A stretch of 60,123 bases of DNA, counting the filler. It is 4 parts of 4 records of this genome, joined end to end, with 100 filler letters (N's around TTAATTAATTAA, not from the genome) between each part and the next. Parts side by side here need not be neighbours in the genome. Positions count along the whole stretch, not along the records: positions 6,451 to 35,340 come from SRR22947725_2955; positions 35,441 to 51,183 come from SRR22947725_2963; 2 more parts are not named here. One strand, written 5' to 3'. Under the pieces are notes generated by a model. It saw only the letters and a program-made list of their open reading frames with translations. It was not told where the DNA came from and did no database searches. Positions within the stretch are counted from its first letter, which is position 1, and each line of letters opens with the position of its first letter. Made by a program: the position numbers and the translations under genes. Shown here piece after piece: positions 30,068 to 39,589 of this stretch.

Positions 30068-30937
30068 TCAGAGTCTGATATTGTCGATCAATCGGGTTTT
30101 TCCAAAATAAACGGCTAAGGCCATGTGAGACCCTTTGCAAACTTTATCAAGAGGTTGCAGCGTATCGGGATCAAAAAAAGCGATATAGTCCAGCTTGGCC
30201 AGTTTTTTTGTTCGGATTCGAGCTTTCAATATGGATTGAATTTTCGTTGTTAGAATGGATTGCTCAGGTGATGAACGGACTATTCCTTTAGCCTCTATCA
30301 GAGTTTGAATGAGAATGGGAGCTTGACTGCGCTCTTCCATGCTCAGGTAAACGTTTCGAGAACTCATGGCCAATCCGTCTTTCTCACGAATGGTTGGCGC
30401 TACAATCACCTTGACCGGAATATTCAGGTTGGAGGTCATTCTACGGATGATGGCTGCTTGTTGATAATCTTTAGCCCCAAAAACAGCCATGTCTGGCAGT
30501 GTCAACATAAAGAGTTTGCAGACAACGGTTGTGACTCCCTTAAAGTGAGCAGGACGCGATTTACCTTCCATCGTAGGCGACAAGCTGGATTCGATTACAT
30601 AAGTGGAGTATTCCTTTTCTGTCGTATCTGGATACATGGATGTGTCGGAAGGCATGAATACAACATCCACCCCCTCTCTTTCGCAGATATTCAAGTCCTT
30701 CGTAAGATCCCGGGGATAGGATGAAAAATCTTCATTGGCTCCAAACTGAGTCGGATTCACGTAAATACTTACGATGACTTTTCCTGCTGCACCTGCGGAT
30801 TGACGTGCTCGCTTTATCAGGCTGACATGACCTTCGTGTAAATAGCCCATGGTAGGAACCAGAGTAACCTTGCCGCTGGTTCTTTTGGAATCAAGTGCCC
30901 ACCGCTGCATTGTTTTCAGATGTCGTATCTGCTTCAT
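30068..30937 (-). CDS. panC: Pantothenate synthetase
   Basis: [41 protein letters not shown]. Confidence 0.97.
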   Translation of the reverse strand: MKQIRHLKTMQRWALDSKRTSGKVTLVPTMGYLHEGHVSLIKRARQSAGAAGKVIVSIYVNPTQFGANEDFSSYPRDLTKDLNICEREGVDVVFMPSDTSMYPDTTEKEYSTYVIESSLSPTMEGKSRPAHFKGVTTVVCKLFMLTLPDMAVFGAKDYQQAAIIRRMTSNLNIPVKVIVAPTIREKDGLAMSSRNVYLSMEERSQAPILIQTLIEAKGIVRSSPEQSILTTKIQSILKARIRTKKLAKLDYIAFFDPDTLQPLDKVCKGSHMALAVYFGKTRLIDNIRL

Positions 30938-31018
30938 TTCGCCCCATTAGTGCTTTGTTTAAATCGCCATTCAATCCTATTGTCATTCGTCAAACAATGC
31001 GATAAATTGAACTGAAGA

Positions 31019-31702
31019 ATGAAAAATATCAAACATTTGATCTACACCGTTGTTTTAGTGGCCGTTTTCAACCTGCCCATGGCCTGCAAAGCACAAACTG
31101 TATCAGGAAAATCAACACCAACAGTCCCTGATGAAGAGGGTTGGATTTCCTTGCTGGATGGGAAAACCCTCAGCGGTTGGATGACATTTGATCCGCATGC
31201 TTGGAGTGTGGACGATGATGGATTACTGGTTGGAAAAGGCAACCGAAGTCATCTTTTCAGTCCAAATACTTACCGGAATATGGAATATCGAGCAGAGGTC
31301 AAACTGAATCACAAAGGAAATAGCGGCTTGTATTTTCGCGCTCAACTCGGTCGTGGCTGGCCTAAGGGATATGAGTCGCAGGTGGAAAATACCAGTTCTG
31401 ATCCACAGCGAACTGGTTCGTTATATAATTTTGTGAAAATCGGCGAACAACTCATTGAGGACGATACCTGGTGGACGCAGCATATCATTGCCATAGGGAA
31501 TCGCATCATCATCAAAGTCAACAATAAGGTAGTTGTTGATTTTATAGATGAGAAAAACACCTGGACCGAAGGGCATTTGGCTGTTCAGCAGCATGATCCA
31601 GGAAGTGTTGTGCACTATCGCAAATTAGAGGTTCGCCCTCTTCCCGATGATGCATCTGTCGCAAAGGCCATTGCAGCTGAAGATACTCCCTCATTAAAAT
31701 AA
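31019..31702 (+). CDS. DUF1080 (3-keto-disaccharide hydrolase family) exported protein
   Basis: GWISLLDGKTLSGW, GNSGLYFR, GYESQV, TGSLY, GHLAVQQH. Confidence 0.88.
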   Translation: MKNIKHLIYTVVLVAVFNLPMACKAQTVSGKSTPTVPDEEGWISLLDGKTLSGWMTFDPHAWSVDDDGLLVGKGNRSHLFSPNTYRNMEYRAEVKLNHKGNSGLYFRAQLGRGWPKGYESQVENTSSDPQRTGSLYNFVKIGEQLIEDDTWWTQHIIAIGNRIIIKVNNKVVVDFIDEKNTWTEGHLAVQQHDPGSVVHYRKLEVRPLPDDASVAKAIAAEDTPSLK

Positions 31703-31795
31703 ACGCTTATCACTCAAGTTAAGTTATGAATGGGCTGGCTTCTGCGGGAACGGCAAACCAGTGATTTGTGACATCACCGGTTCATTTGTCGAACA

Positions 31796-32482
31796 ATGAA
31801 TGTTGTCATTATTGTTGCAGCGGGGAAAGGAGCTCGGATGGGCGTGGACAAGCTTTGGCTGGAAGTCGACGGTACACCTATTCTAGGGCACACTTGGAGA
31901 GCTCTTGACACGATTGCTGAGATAGATCGAATCATTATCGTGGCACGCGATGAACGTCATCAGGCCATTGATCAATTGGCCGCTGAAATTCGGGTCAGCA
32001 AGCCTTACGAGTTAGTTCCAGGTGGTGCAGAACGTCAAGATTCGGTCTGGAATGGATTGAAAGCATGTCCCGAGAGCTGCGAAATCGTAGCGATTCATGA
32101 TGCAGCCAGACCGTGCGCTCATCCGGTCTTGGTTCGTGATTGTCTGAAAGAAGCACATCGATATGGAGCTGTCGTTGCTGGCCGCAAAATAACCGACACA
32201 ATCAAACGAGCAGATGATTCACAATCAATTGAATCTACCGTCGATCGGGAGGGATTATGGGCTGTTCAGACACCGCAAGTCTTTCGATTGAATCTCATAC
32301 GGGATGCCCTAGAGAGAGTTCGCCTTGCAAAGAAGGTTTTCACCGATGACACCGCAGCATGTGAGTATGCCGGAATCCCCGTTAAAATCGTACCCAGCGA
32401 CTATCCAAACCCAAAAGTAACCTACCCTGACGATCTTCCTTATGTCAGTTGGTTGCTTGCTAATCAATCGCGGGGCGTTTAG
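31796..32482 (+). CDS. ispD: 2-C-methyl-D-erythritol 4-phosphate cytidylyltransferase
   Basis: AAGKGARMG, GGAERQDSV, IHDAARP, QTPQ, TDD, NPKVT. Confidence 0.96.
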   Translation: MNVVIIVAAGKGARMGVDKLWLEVDGTPILGHTWRALDTIAEIDRIIIVARDERHQAIDQLAAEIRVSKPYELVPGGAERQDSVWNGLKACPESCEIVAIHDAARPCAHPVLVRDCLKEAHRYGAVVAGRKITDTIKRADDSQSIESTVDREGLWAVQTPQVFRLNLIRDALERVRLAKKVFTDDTAACEYAGIPVKIVPSDYPNPKVTYPDDLPYVSWLLANQSRGV

Positions 32483-32525
32483 TGTGGACCACGTCAAAAA
32501 CAGTTCGTTAGCATAAGTCAATTCC

Positions 32526-33821
32526 ATGGTAAAAAAACTTATCTATTCTTCCATAATGGTTTTGCTCGGCGTCAATCTGACGGTGGGTTTTCTCTTATAC
32601 CGTGAGACCGCTCAGGCTTCTTCTGCCGAGGATCCCTACGAAACCTATGAGTTATTTGCATCCGTCGTGGAACGCATCCGCTCCGATTATGTTGAGGGAG
32701 ACAAGCTGACTTACCGTGACCTGATTCAAAGTGCATTAAAAGGCATGTTGAGTTCACTGGATCCTCACAGCGAATTCATGGAACCCGTACATTACGACGA
32801 ACTGAAAAAAGATACAGAGGGTGCCTTTGGTGGCGTCGGTATCGTCGTTACCATGGACGAGAATAAAAAATATCTTACCGTCGTTTCCCCCATGGCTGAC
32901 ACTCCCGCATTTCAGGCTGGAGTTATTTCAGGAGACCGTATTGTAAAAATTGAAAATCGCACTACCGAAGGCATCACACTACAGGAAGCTGTCAAACGTC
33001 TACGAGGTGAGCCTGGATCTGAAGTCACCATCACTTTGTATCGACCTTCCAGTGCCAAGATGCGCGAAGTTGTACTTGAGAGAGCGATCATCAAACTTCA
33101 AACGGTCAAGGATTTCTCGGGAAACAATACCTTTGATCTGGATAAGGATAATATTGGCTATGTATGGCTGACTCAGTTTGGAGAGCAGACCAGCCGAGAT
33201 CTGCGTAAAGCTGTGGATCAGATGATGGAGAAGGGGATGCGCGGCCTCGTTCTTGATCTCAGGGGTAATCCTGGCGGTTTGCTTGATCAAGCAGTCGAGG
33301 TTTGCGAACAGTTTCTACCCGCGGGTCAATTGGTTGTTTTCACCCAAGGCAAGAGCGAGATGATGCGAAGCAAACATCATGCGGCGTCATTGGATCCGAT
33401 CCTTGATCTCCCTATCGTCGTGCTCGTGAACAATGGCAGTGCCAGCGCCTCTGAAATTGTTTCAGGATGTCTGCAGGACCTGGGGCGTGCGGTTGTGCTT
33501 GGCGAACAGACTTTTGGTAAAGGTTCAGTGCAGAGCATCTTTCCTGTTTCCGGAGGATGGGCTCTCCGCTTGACAACGGCTAAGTATTACACTCCAAGTG
33601 AAAAGATCATTCATGGCAAAGGAATTACTCCGGATATCACCGTTTCAGTTTCAGACGAAGATTTGGAGTCTTTATTTTACAAACGCTCCCCAGGTGGAGT
33701 TGATGTTTTAATACAACTGTCCGAGGAACAGCGTGAGCGAATCAGGGCTGTCCGGGACAAGCAACTTGATCGAGCCACTGATCTGTTGAGAGGTGTATTC
33801 CTTTTAAAAGATCGTAATTAG
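32526..33821 (+). CDS. ctpA: S41 carboxyl-terminal processing protease
   Basis: LDPHS, PDZ FGGVGI, LDLRGNPGG, SASASEI, TFGKGSVQ, TTAKYYTP. Confidence 0.93.
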   Translation: MVKKLIYSSIMVLLGVNLTVGFLLYRETAQASSAEDPYETYELFASVVERIRSDYVEGDKLTYRDLIQSALKGMLSSLDPHSEFMEPVHYDELKKDTEGAFGGVGIVVTMDENKKYLTVVSPMADTPAFQAGVISGDRIVKIENRTTEGITLQEAVKRLRGEPGSEVTITLYRPSSAKMREVVLERAIIKLQTVKDFSGNNTFDLDKDNIGYVWLTQFGEQTSRDLRKAVDQMMEKGMRGLVLDLRGNPGGLLDQAVEVCEQFLPAGQLVVFTQGKSEMMRSKHHAASLDPILDLPIVVLVNNGSASASEIVSGCLQDLGRAVVLGEQTFGKGSVQSIFPVSGGWALRLTTAKYYTPSEKIIHGKGITPDITVSVSDEDLESLFYKRSPGGVDVLIQLSEEQRERIRAVRDKQLDRATDLLRGVFLLKDRN

Positions 33822-33902
33822 CCTGAACTTGATCAGGATTTTCATGCTGGATACTCTATTCAAGCAATCGTTTCCATCATTGCAACTGATTGATTGGTCA
33901 AA

Positions 33903-34943
33903 ATGAAGATATTGGCGATTGAATCCTCCTGTGATGAAACAGCAGCGGCTGTTATCGATGACGGCTTGATCTTGTCTGATCCGATTGCATCCCAAATCCA
34001 ACTTCATGCAGAGTATGGTGGGGTGGTGCCTGAACTGGCAGCACGGGAGCATCTGAAGAACTTGCTTCCTGTCGCCCGTCAAGCCCTGGACAAGGCTGGG
34101 AAAAGAATCAGCGACATGGATTTGATCGCGGCAACTCAAGGGCCGGGCTTACCTCCTGCCTTGATGGTGGGTTTTCATGCATTTCAAACTCTGGCCTTTG
34201 CTTTGGATAAGCCTTTCATTGGGGTCAATCATCACGAGGCACACCTTTATTCGCCCTGGATTGACCCGCAAACGAAACGTCTGAACCAGAATTCTTTTCA
34301 ACCAAACATCAGTTTAATTGTCAGCGGAGGTCACACCATGTTGGTCAAAGTGAATTCGCCTCTGAATCATCATGTAATTGGATCAACCATTGATGATGCG
34401 GCTGGTGAGTGTTTCGATAAGACGGCCAAACTGTTGGGTCTCCCATATCCAGGAGGGCCTGTGTTGGATCAACTTGCATCGAAAGGAAACCCCAAAGCCT
34501 ACGTGTTTCCAAGGCCAATGCTCAAAGATCCCGGGTTTGATTTCAGTTTCAGCGGTCTCAAGACATCCGTCCGATATTTCATTCAAAAGCATCCAGCATT
34601 GTTGGAAGATCATCGTCATCTGCAGGATTTGTGCGCCTCCATACAAGCTGCCATTGTGGATGTTCTGGTCAAAAAAACGATGCGTGCAGCTTTGCAGAGT
34701 GAAGTGGCAATGATCACAGCATCGGGAGGTGTGTCATGCAATCGAGGCTTGCGCGATGGATTGCAAAAAGCCTGTGATGCCAATGGGCTATCACTCAGAA
34801 TTGCTCAAGGACGATATTGTACAGACAATGCGGCGATGGTCGGCATGCTTGCGGCCTGGAAAATAGGCTCTGGTGCCTCCCTGCAACATACAGAAGAAGG
34901 CATCCGTCCCGGCTGGAGGCTGGAAACGGATGCCAATGAATAA
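33903..34943 (+). CDS. tsaD: tRNA N6-adenosine threonylcarbamoyltransferase
   Basis: IESSCDET, GGVVPELAAREH, NHHEAH, VSGGHT, DDAAGECFDK, CTDNAAM. Confidence 0.97.
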   Translation: MKILAIESSCDETAAAVIDDGLILSDPIASQIQLHAEYGGVVPELAAREHLKNLLPVARQALDKAGKRISDMDLIAATQGPGLPPALMVGFHAFQTLAFALDKPFIGVNHHEAHLYSPWIDPQTKRLNQNSFQPNISLIVSGGHTMLVKVNSPLNHHVIGSTIDDAAGECFDKTAKLLGLPYPGGPVLDQLASKGNPKAYVFPRPMLKDPGFDFSFSGLKTSVRYFIQKHPALLEDHRHLQDLCASIQAAIVDVLVKKTMRAALQSEVAMITASGGVSCNRGLRDGLQKACDANGLSLRIAQGRYCTDNAAMVGMLAAWKIGSGASLQHTEEGIRPGWRLETDANE

Positions 34944-34962
34944 AGCCTTTATCTGTTTTTGA

Positions 34963-35340
34963 TTATTTTTTCTTCCGAGCGCTTTTAGCTTTTTTCTTTC
35001 TGGCCTTTTTGGGAGCTGGAGATTGATGAACCTGAGCTCCAACTTTCAATCTCAAACCATTCAAGCGGATGAAACCTGTGGCGTCATCCTGGTTATAAGC
35101 TTGTGTGGGATCAGCTTCCATCGTTGCAATCTCAGGGTTATACAAGCTGAGGGGAGATTTTCTTCCCGCAGTGATGATGTTGCCCTTGTATAGTTTCAAA
35201 CGAACAGTTCCAGAAACGTTTTTTTGGCTTTCCGTGATCAAGGCTTGCAATGCCTCTCGCTCAGGAGCAAACCAAAAACCGTAATAGACGAGCTCAGCAT
35301 ATTTGGGCATGAGTGAATCTCTCAGATGCATGACTTCTCG
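34963..35340 (-). CDS. argG: Argininosuccinate synthase, 3' part only
   Basis: [31 protein letters not shown]; 5' end cut by the contig boundary. Confidence 0.93.
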   Translation of the reverse strand, partial: REVMHLRDSLMPKYAELVYYGFWFAPEREALQALITESQKNVSGTVRLKLYKGNIITAGRKSPLSLYNPEIATMEADPTQAYNQDDATGFIRLNGLRLKVGAQVHQSPAPKKARKKKAKSARKKK

Positions 35341-35440
35341 NNNNNNNNNNNNNNNNNNNNNNNNNNNNNNNNNNNNNNNNNNNNTTAATTAATTAANNNN
35401 NNNNNNNNNNNNNNNNNNNNNNNNNNNNNNNNNNNNNNNN
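35341..35440. other. Artificial contig spacer
   Basis: N44-TTAATTAATTAA-N44. Confidence 0.99.
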
Positions 35441-35600
<160 letters not shown>

Positions 35601-35696
35601 ATCACTATTTTTTCTGCAATGCGTCCACTGTGTGGTTCTCGAGTTACGGTCGAGAACCGAAGACAAAGATCTTCGAAAGACTAAAAACTCAATAGT

Positions 35697-35816
35697 GTTT
35701 CGGCGGCCATAGCGAGAGGGAAACGCCCGGTCTCATTCCGAACCCGGAAGCTAAGACTCTCAGCGCCGATGGTACTGCAAGGGGGACCTTGTGGGAGAGT
35801 AGGACACCGCCGGACT
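35697..35816 (+). rRNA. rrf: 5S rRNA
   Basis: GGCGGCCATAGC...CATTCCGAACCCGGAAGCTAAG...CGCCGATGGTACTG...GGGAGAGTAGGACACCGCC, actinobacterial type. Confidence 0.97.
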
Positions 35817-35822
35817 TACTTT

Positions 35823-35854
35823 AGAAATGGCCACCCGACAGGGTGGCCTTTTCT
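35823..35854 (+). terminator. rRNA operon terminator
   Basis: GGCCACCC-GACA-GGGTGGCC followed by TTTTCT. Confidence 0.88.
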
Positions 35855-35873
35855 ATTTAATAACTGGAGAATC

Positions 35874-36812
35874 ATGGATAAACCAAGGGGTCAAAGGCCC
35901 GAGCGCAAGGGCGGATCTGGCGCACCCTCCAGAGGCTTCAAGGGCAAGGGAAAACCTCGCCCAGGTGGCGATCGGCCAGGTAGAGACGGTAGGCCTAGGA
36001 GCTCGGCCCCAAGGCGAGATGACCGCGAAAAGCGCGAGGATACTCGGCCGAAGTTTGACTTTCCACTGATTCCAGACGAAATCCTCGCCGAGGACCTTCA
36101 CATTTCCGTTAGAGCCCAGCTCAAGACCCTTAGCGATGAGAACCAGGAGATGGTCGCTCGTCACCTGCTAATGGTTTCGATGCTTGTTGAGACAGATCCA
36201 GAACTTGCCCACAGGCACGCTCTTGCGGCAAGTAAGAAGGCCGGGAGAATTGCGGTTGTTCGCGAGACTTTGGGGGTCACCGCCTACACAACCGGAGACT
36301 ATGCACTGGCCCTGCGCGAGCTCCTCACCCACAGAAGGATCTCCGGCTCCAATGACCAACTCCCGCTGATCGTCGACTCCGAGCGGGGTCTTGGAAGACC
36401 AGTCAGGGCCATCGAAGCAACGAGCGGCATCGACCGTTCAAAGCTGGAGGTTGGGGTCAGGATCAACCTCGCAATTGCCCTTAGCGGAGCAAGGCTTGAT
36501 CTGGGACAAACTCAGCAGGCTCTGCAGGAACTTGAGATCAAGGAACTCAGCCCAAACACCGTGTTTGAGCAATCTCCGCTTTTGTTCCGCTCCTACGCCG
36601 AGCTGCTTAGAGAGCTTGGTAAAGACCCGGGGGACTGGGATCGGTGGGCAGACATGGCAGACAAGGCCTTGGCCGAAGTTGATGGTGAGGTTGTTGACCT
36701 GATTGAAGAGCTAAGCATTCCTGAGAAGAAGCCTCCCAGAAAGCCAGGGGGCAAGCCTGAGGGAAGGCCAGAGGGAAGGCCCGCAAGAAGGCCGGGCGAT
36801 GCTGCTAGATAG
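35874..36812 (+). CDS. Conserved actinobacterial TPR-like protein with Arg/Gly-rich N-terminus
   Basis: VARHL, ALRELL, DSERGLGRP, SGARLDLGQ; standard position after rrn. Start corrected to ATG 35874 because the longer ORF runs through 5S. Confidence 0.8.
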   Translation: MDKPRGQRPERKGGSGAPSRGFKGKGKPRPGGDRPGRDGRPRSSAPRRDDREKREDTRPKFDFPLIPDEILAEDLHISVRAQLKTLSDENQEMVARHLLMVSMLVETDPELAHRHALAASKKAGRIAVVRETLGVTAYTTGDYALALRELLTHRRISGSNDQLPLIVDSERGLGRPVRAIEATSGIDRSKLEVGVRINLAIALSGARLDLGQTQQALQELEIKELSPNTVFEQSPLLFRSYAELLRELGKDPGDWDRWADMADKALAEVDGEVVDLIEELSIPEKKPPRKPGGKPEGRPEGRPARRPGDAAR

Positions 36813-37773
36813 TTTTGACTCTCTGCTACTTGATCTAGACGGTGTTGTCTACAGAGGCAAGCAGGCAATACCCGGAGCTGTCGAAGCCATAAATCGCGCT
36901 CAAGCGGAGGGCAAGAAGATTGGCTACATCACCAACAATGCCTCTCGAACACCTGAGCAGATAGCTCAACAGCTCAGAAGCTTTGGCCTAAAGGTAGAGG
37001 GTGAAGAAATCATTGGTTCTGCCAGGGCGGCGGCCAAGATTCTGGCCCAGCGCATCCCACCAAGTTCCAAAGTTCTTGTAGTTGGCGGGGAGGGGCTTAG
37101 GTCAGAAGTTTCCGCACTCGGGTTCGAGTTGGTGGAGTCTGCAAGTGATTCACCGGTTGCCGTTATTCAGGGCTTTAGCCCGAGTGTCGGGTGGGAGCAT
37201 CTAGCCCAGGCAGCTTTCGCAATACAGGCCGGGGCCATTTGGATTGCAACTAACCAGGACTGGACCATTCCTCTTGAGGCTGGCATAGCACCTGGAAATG
37301 GCACCTTGGTGGGTGCCGTCCACACTGCCGTCGGCCAACTTCCGGACTTTGCCGGCAAACCGTTCAGACCAATTTTTGATTCAGCCCTCGAGCAGCTCGA
37401 TGTTCAGTCACCGCTTGTTATCGGAGACCGGTTAGATACCGACATCAAGGGGGCAATTGGAGCGGGTCTTCAGTCGGCCTGTGTTCTAACCGGTATTGCA
37501 ACTAAAAAAGAGCTTCTGGGTGCTAAGAGCGATGAGCGTCCCGGCTACATCCTTCAGGACCTCAGTGAGTTATTCCTCGACTACCCAGAGCTCAAAACCA
37601 CTAGGCGCGGGGTTAGCTGCCGGGGCAGCGAGGTGGAGCTACTTGGAGACAAGATCGTCTGCAGTTCTCAAAACCCTAAAGAATTGGACTCCCTTCGGGC
37701 GGCCGCAAGCCTAATCTGGACAAGTGGCAGACCAATATATGGTCTGCAGGTAGAGCAAGAATTGATGGGCTAG
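36799..37773 (+). CDS. HAD-IIA family hydrolase
   Basis: DLDGVVY, TNNASR, ATNQD, AGKP, IGDRLDTDI. Confidence 0.93.
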   Translation: MLLDSFDSLLLDLDGVVYRGKQAIPGAVEAINRAQAEGKKIGYITNNASRTPEQIAQQLRSFGLKVEGEEIIGSARAAAKILAQRIPPSSKVLVVGGEGLRSEVSALGFELVESASDSPVAVIQGFSPSVGWEHLAQAAFAIQAGAIWIATNQDWTIPLEAGIAPGNGTLVGAVHTAVGQLPDFAGKPFRPIFDSALEQLDVQSPLVIGDRLDTDIKGAIGAGLQSACVLTGIATKKELLGAKSDERPGYILQDLSELFLDYPELKTTRRGVSCRGSEVELLGDKIVCSSQNPKELDSLRAAASLIWTSGRPIYGLQVEQELMG

Positions 37774-37780
37774 GTAATAG

Positions 37781-37894
37781 GTGGACCAGGACTTAGAGGC
37801 TCGAATACAAGAGATTGAAAAGATGGAACCAGAGGCTCAAATCGAGGTACTGAAAAAGCTCGTGGCCGAGCTCGAGGAGCTGCTAGGTAGTTGA
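37781..37894 (+). CDS. Small acidic helical protein (37 aa), missed by the ORF track
   Basis: GTG-start ORF MDQDLEARIQEIEKMEPEAQIEVLKKLVAELEELLGS fills the gap; its stop overlaps the tlyA TTG start (TTGA). Confidence 0.7.
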   Translation: MDQDLEARIQEIEKMEPEAQIEVLKKLVAELEELLGS

Positions 37895-38607
37895 GGCTTG
37901 ATGTAGCGCTCACGAACCGCGGGCTAAGTAGAAGCCGCAACCAAGCCGCAAGGCTTATTCAGCAGGGGTCGGTAACCGTCAACGGCGAAACCCAAACAAA
38001 GCCATCACACTTAGTCACCGAGAGCGACTCGATAGATACCCATGTTGTCCTCGCAGTCTCGAGGGCGGGCGGGAAGCTGTCCTTTGCTCTCAAGGAATTT
38101 GGCATAACCCCAAGCGGGGTGTGCCTCGACATTGGGGCTAGCACCGGAGGTTTCACCGAGGTGCTCTTGGGAGCTGGCGCCGAGAAGGTCATTGCCATAG
38201 ATGTTGGGCACGATCAGCTCTCACCTGAGCTGCAACTAGACCCCAGGGTAGTGAACGTCGAGGGCACCAACGTCAGAGAGCTCACCCTGAGTCAGCTAAA
38301 GAAAATAACGCCGGTTAGACCGAGTCTGGTCGTGGTGGATCTGAGCTTTATCTCGCTGACGGTTGTTGCCAAGAAGCTACTTGAGCTTGCACAGGGAGCC
38401 GAGCTAGTGGTTTTGATAAAACCGCAGTTTGAATTGAGCAAGGAAAAACTAAGGGCAGGTGTGGTCAAGGTCGATAGCGATCGAGAAGCTGCAAGAGACA
38501 AAGTCTTGGCTGTATTCAGCGACTTAGGAGCTGAGGTGGCAGGGGTTTGTGTCTCTCCAGTTGTGGGAACTAAAGGCAACACTGAGTTCCTAGCTCATCT
38601 GCGATAG
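37891..38607 (+). CDS. tlyA: TlyA family rRNA (cytidine-2'-O)-methyltransferase
   Basis: S4 domain, VSRAGGKL, LDIGASTGGFT, DLSFISL, IKPQFE, GNTEF. Confidence 0.96.
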   Translation: MRLDVALTNRGLSRSRNQAARLIQQGSVTVNGETQTKPSHLVTESDSIDTHVVLAVSRAGGKLSFALKEFGITPSGVCLDIGASTGGFTEVLLGAGAEKVIAIDVGHDQLSPELQLDPRVVNVEGTNVRELTLSQLKKITPVRPSLVVVDLSFISLTVVAKKLLELAQGAELVVLIKPQFELSKEKLRAGVVKVDSDREAARDKVLAVFSDLGAEVAGVCVSPVVGTKGNTEFLAHLR

Positions 38608-38692
38608 GTAAGTCTGCCAAAGCCTTATTGGCTGTTGAAAAGTCCAAGCGAGGACTGAACGCAGTAGCCTTTTGGTTATAGGAGTTATGGGC

Positions 38693-39589
38693 ATGCAAAG
38701 AGTATTGATAGTCATCAGTCACGCTGACAATGCCGCTGCCCAGGAGGCGACAAACGCCTGTAAGCATCTGGCCCAAAGAGGCATTGCGTGTGTGTTTGAT
38801 AAGGATGACCTCGATCACTTCGCCGCTCTCGGTGTTTCCCAGCCGGAGGGCTCAAAGAACTACTCAGGCGAAGATCTTGATCTGGTTATGGTCCTTGGCG
38901 GCGATGGCAGCATTTTGCGGGCAGCAGAGATTGTCAATGACAACCCCGCACCAATTCTCGGCATCAACCTAGGACACGTTGGCTTTATGACCGAGGCCGA
39001 GCGCTCTGAGATACCTGCTGTTTTGGACGCAGTGGCAGCGGGCAATTTTTCCACAAGCGAGCGCACCACTCTTGAAGTTAAGGTGTGGCAAGAAGGCAAA
39101 GAGGTCTTCTCCAGTTGGGCAATCAATGAGGTTGCCGTGGAAAAGAGCGCTCGCGAGCGGATGCTCGAGGTTGTTCTCGAGATTGACGCAAGACCCGTAT
39201 CGAGCTTTGGTTGTGATGGAGTCCTGGTTAGCACACCGACCGGCTCTACGGCCTACGCCTTCAGCGCTGGGGGACCTGTGGTCTGGCCGAACGTGGAGGC
39301 ATTTGTCGTGGTGCCGCTCAGTGCACACGCTCTATTTGCTCGTCCTCTTGTTATTGATCCAGAATCAACTGTTGCGGTCGAGGTCCTCAGGAGGTCTCCC
39401 GGTAGCGGGGTGCTGTGGTGTGATGGCCGCAGAACCTTTGACCTAGGTCCCGGTGCCCGCATCGAGGTTGCCAAGCGTCCTGTTCCGGTGAAGATGGTGG
39501 TGCTCGACAATGCTCCATTTGCCGACAGGCTCGTTAGAAAATTCTCACTTCCGGTATCAGGGTGGCGAGGTCCGGAGGCTGAGGCTTGA
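38693..39589 (+). CDS. nadK: NAD kinase
   Basis: GGDGS, GINLGHVGF, NE, DG...TPTGSTAYAFSAGGP; AGGAG RBS at 38680. Confidence 0.96.
   Translation: MQRVLIVISHADNAAAQEATNACKHLAQRGIACVFDKDDLDHFAALGVSQPEGSKNYSGEDLDLVMVLGGDGSILRAAEIVNDNPAPILGINLGHVGFMTEAERSEIPAVLDAVAAGNFSTSERTTLEVKVWQEGKEVFSSWAINEVAVEKSARERMLEVVLEIDARPVSSFGCDGVLVSTPTGSTAYAFSAGGPVVWPNVEAFVVVPLSAHALFARPLVIDPESTVAVEVLRRSPGSGVLWCDGRRTFDLGPGARIEVAKRPVPVKMVVLDNAPFADRLVRKFSLPVSGWRGPEAEA

Noticed and set aside
35634-35658. Hairpin GGTTCTCGA...TCGAGAACC in the 23S-5S spacer
   Set aside because: Expected rRNA spacer processing structure.
35769-35873. N-terminal extension of the 347-aa ORF
   Set aside because: Runs through the 5S rRNA and its terminator; the real start is ATG 35874.
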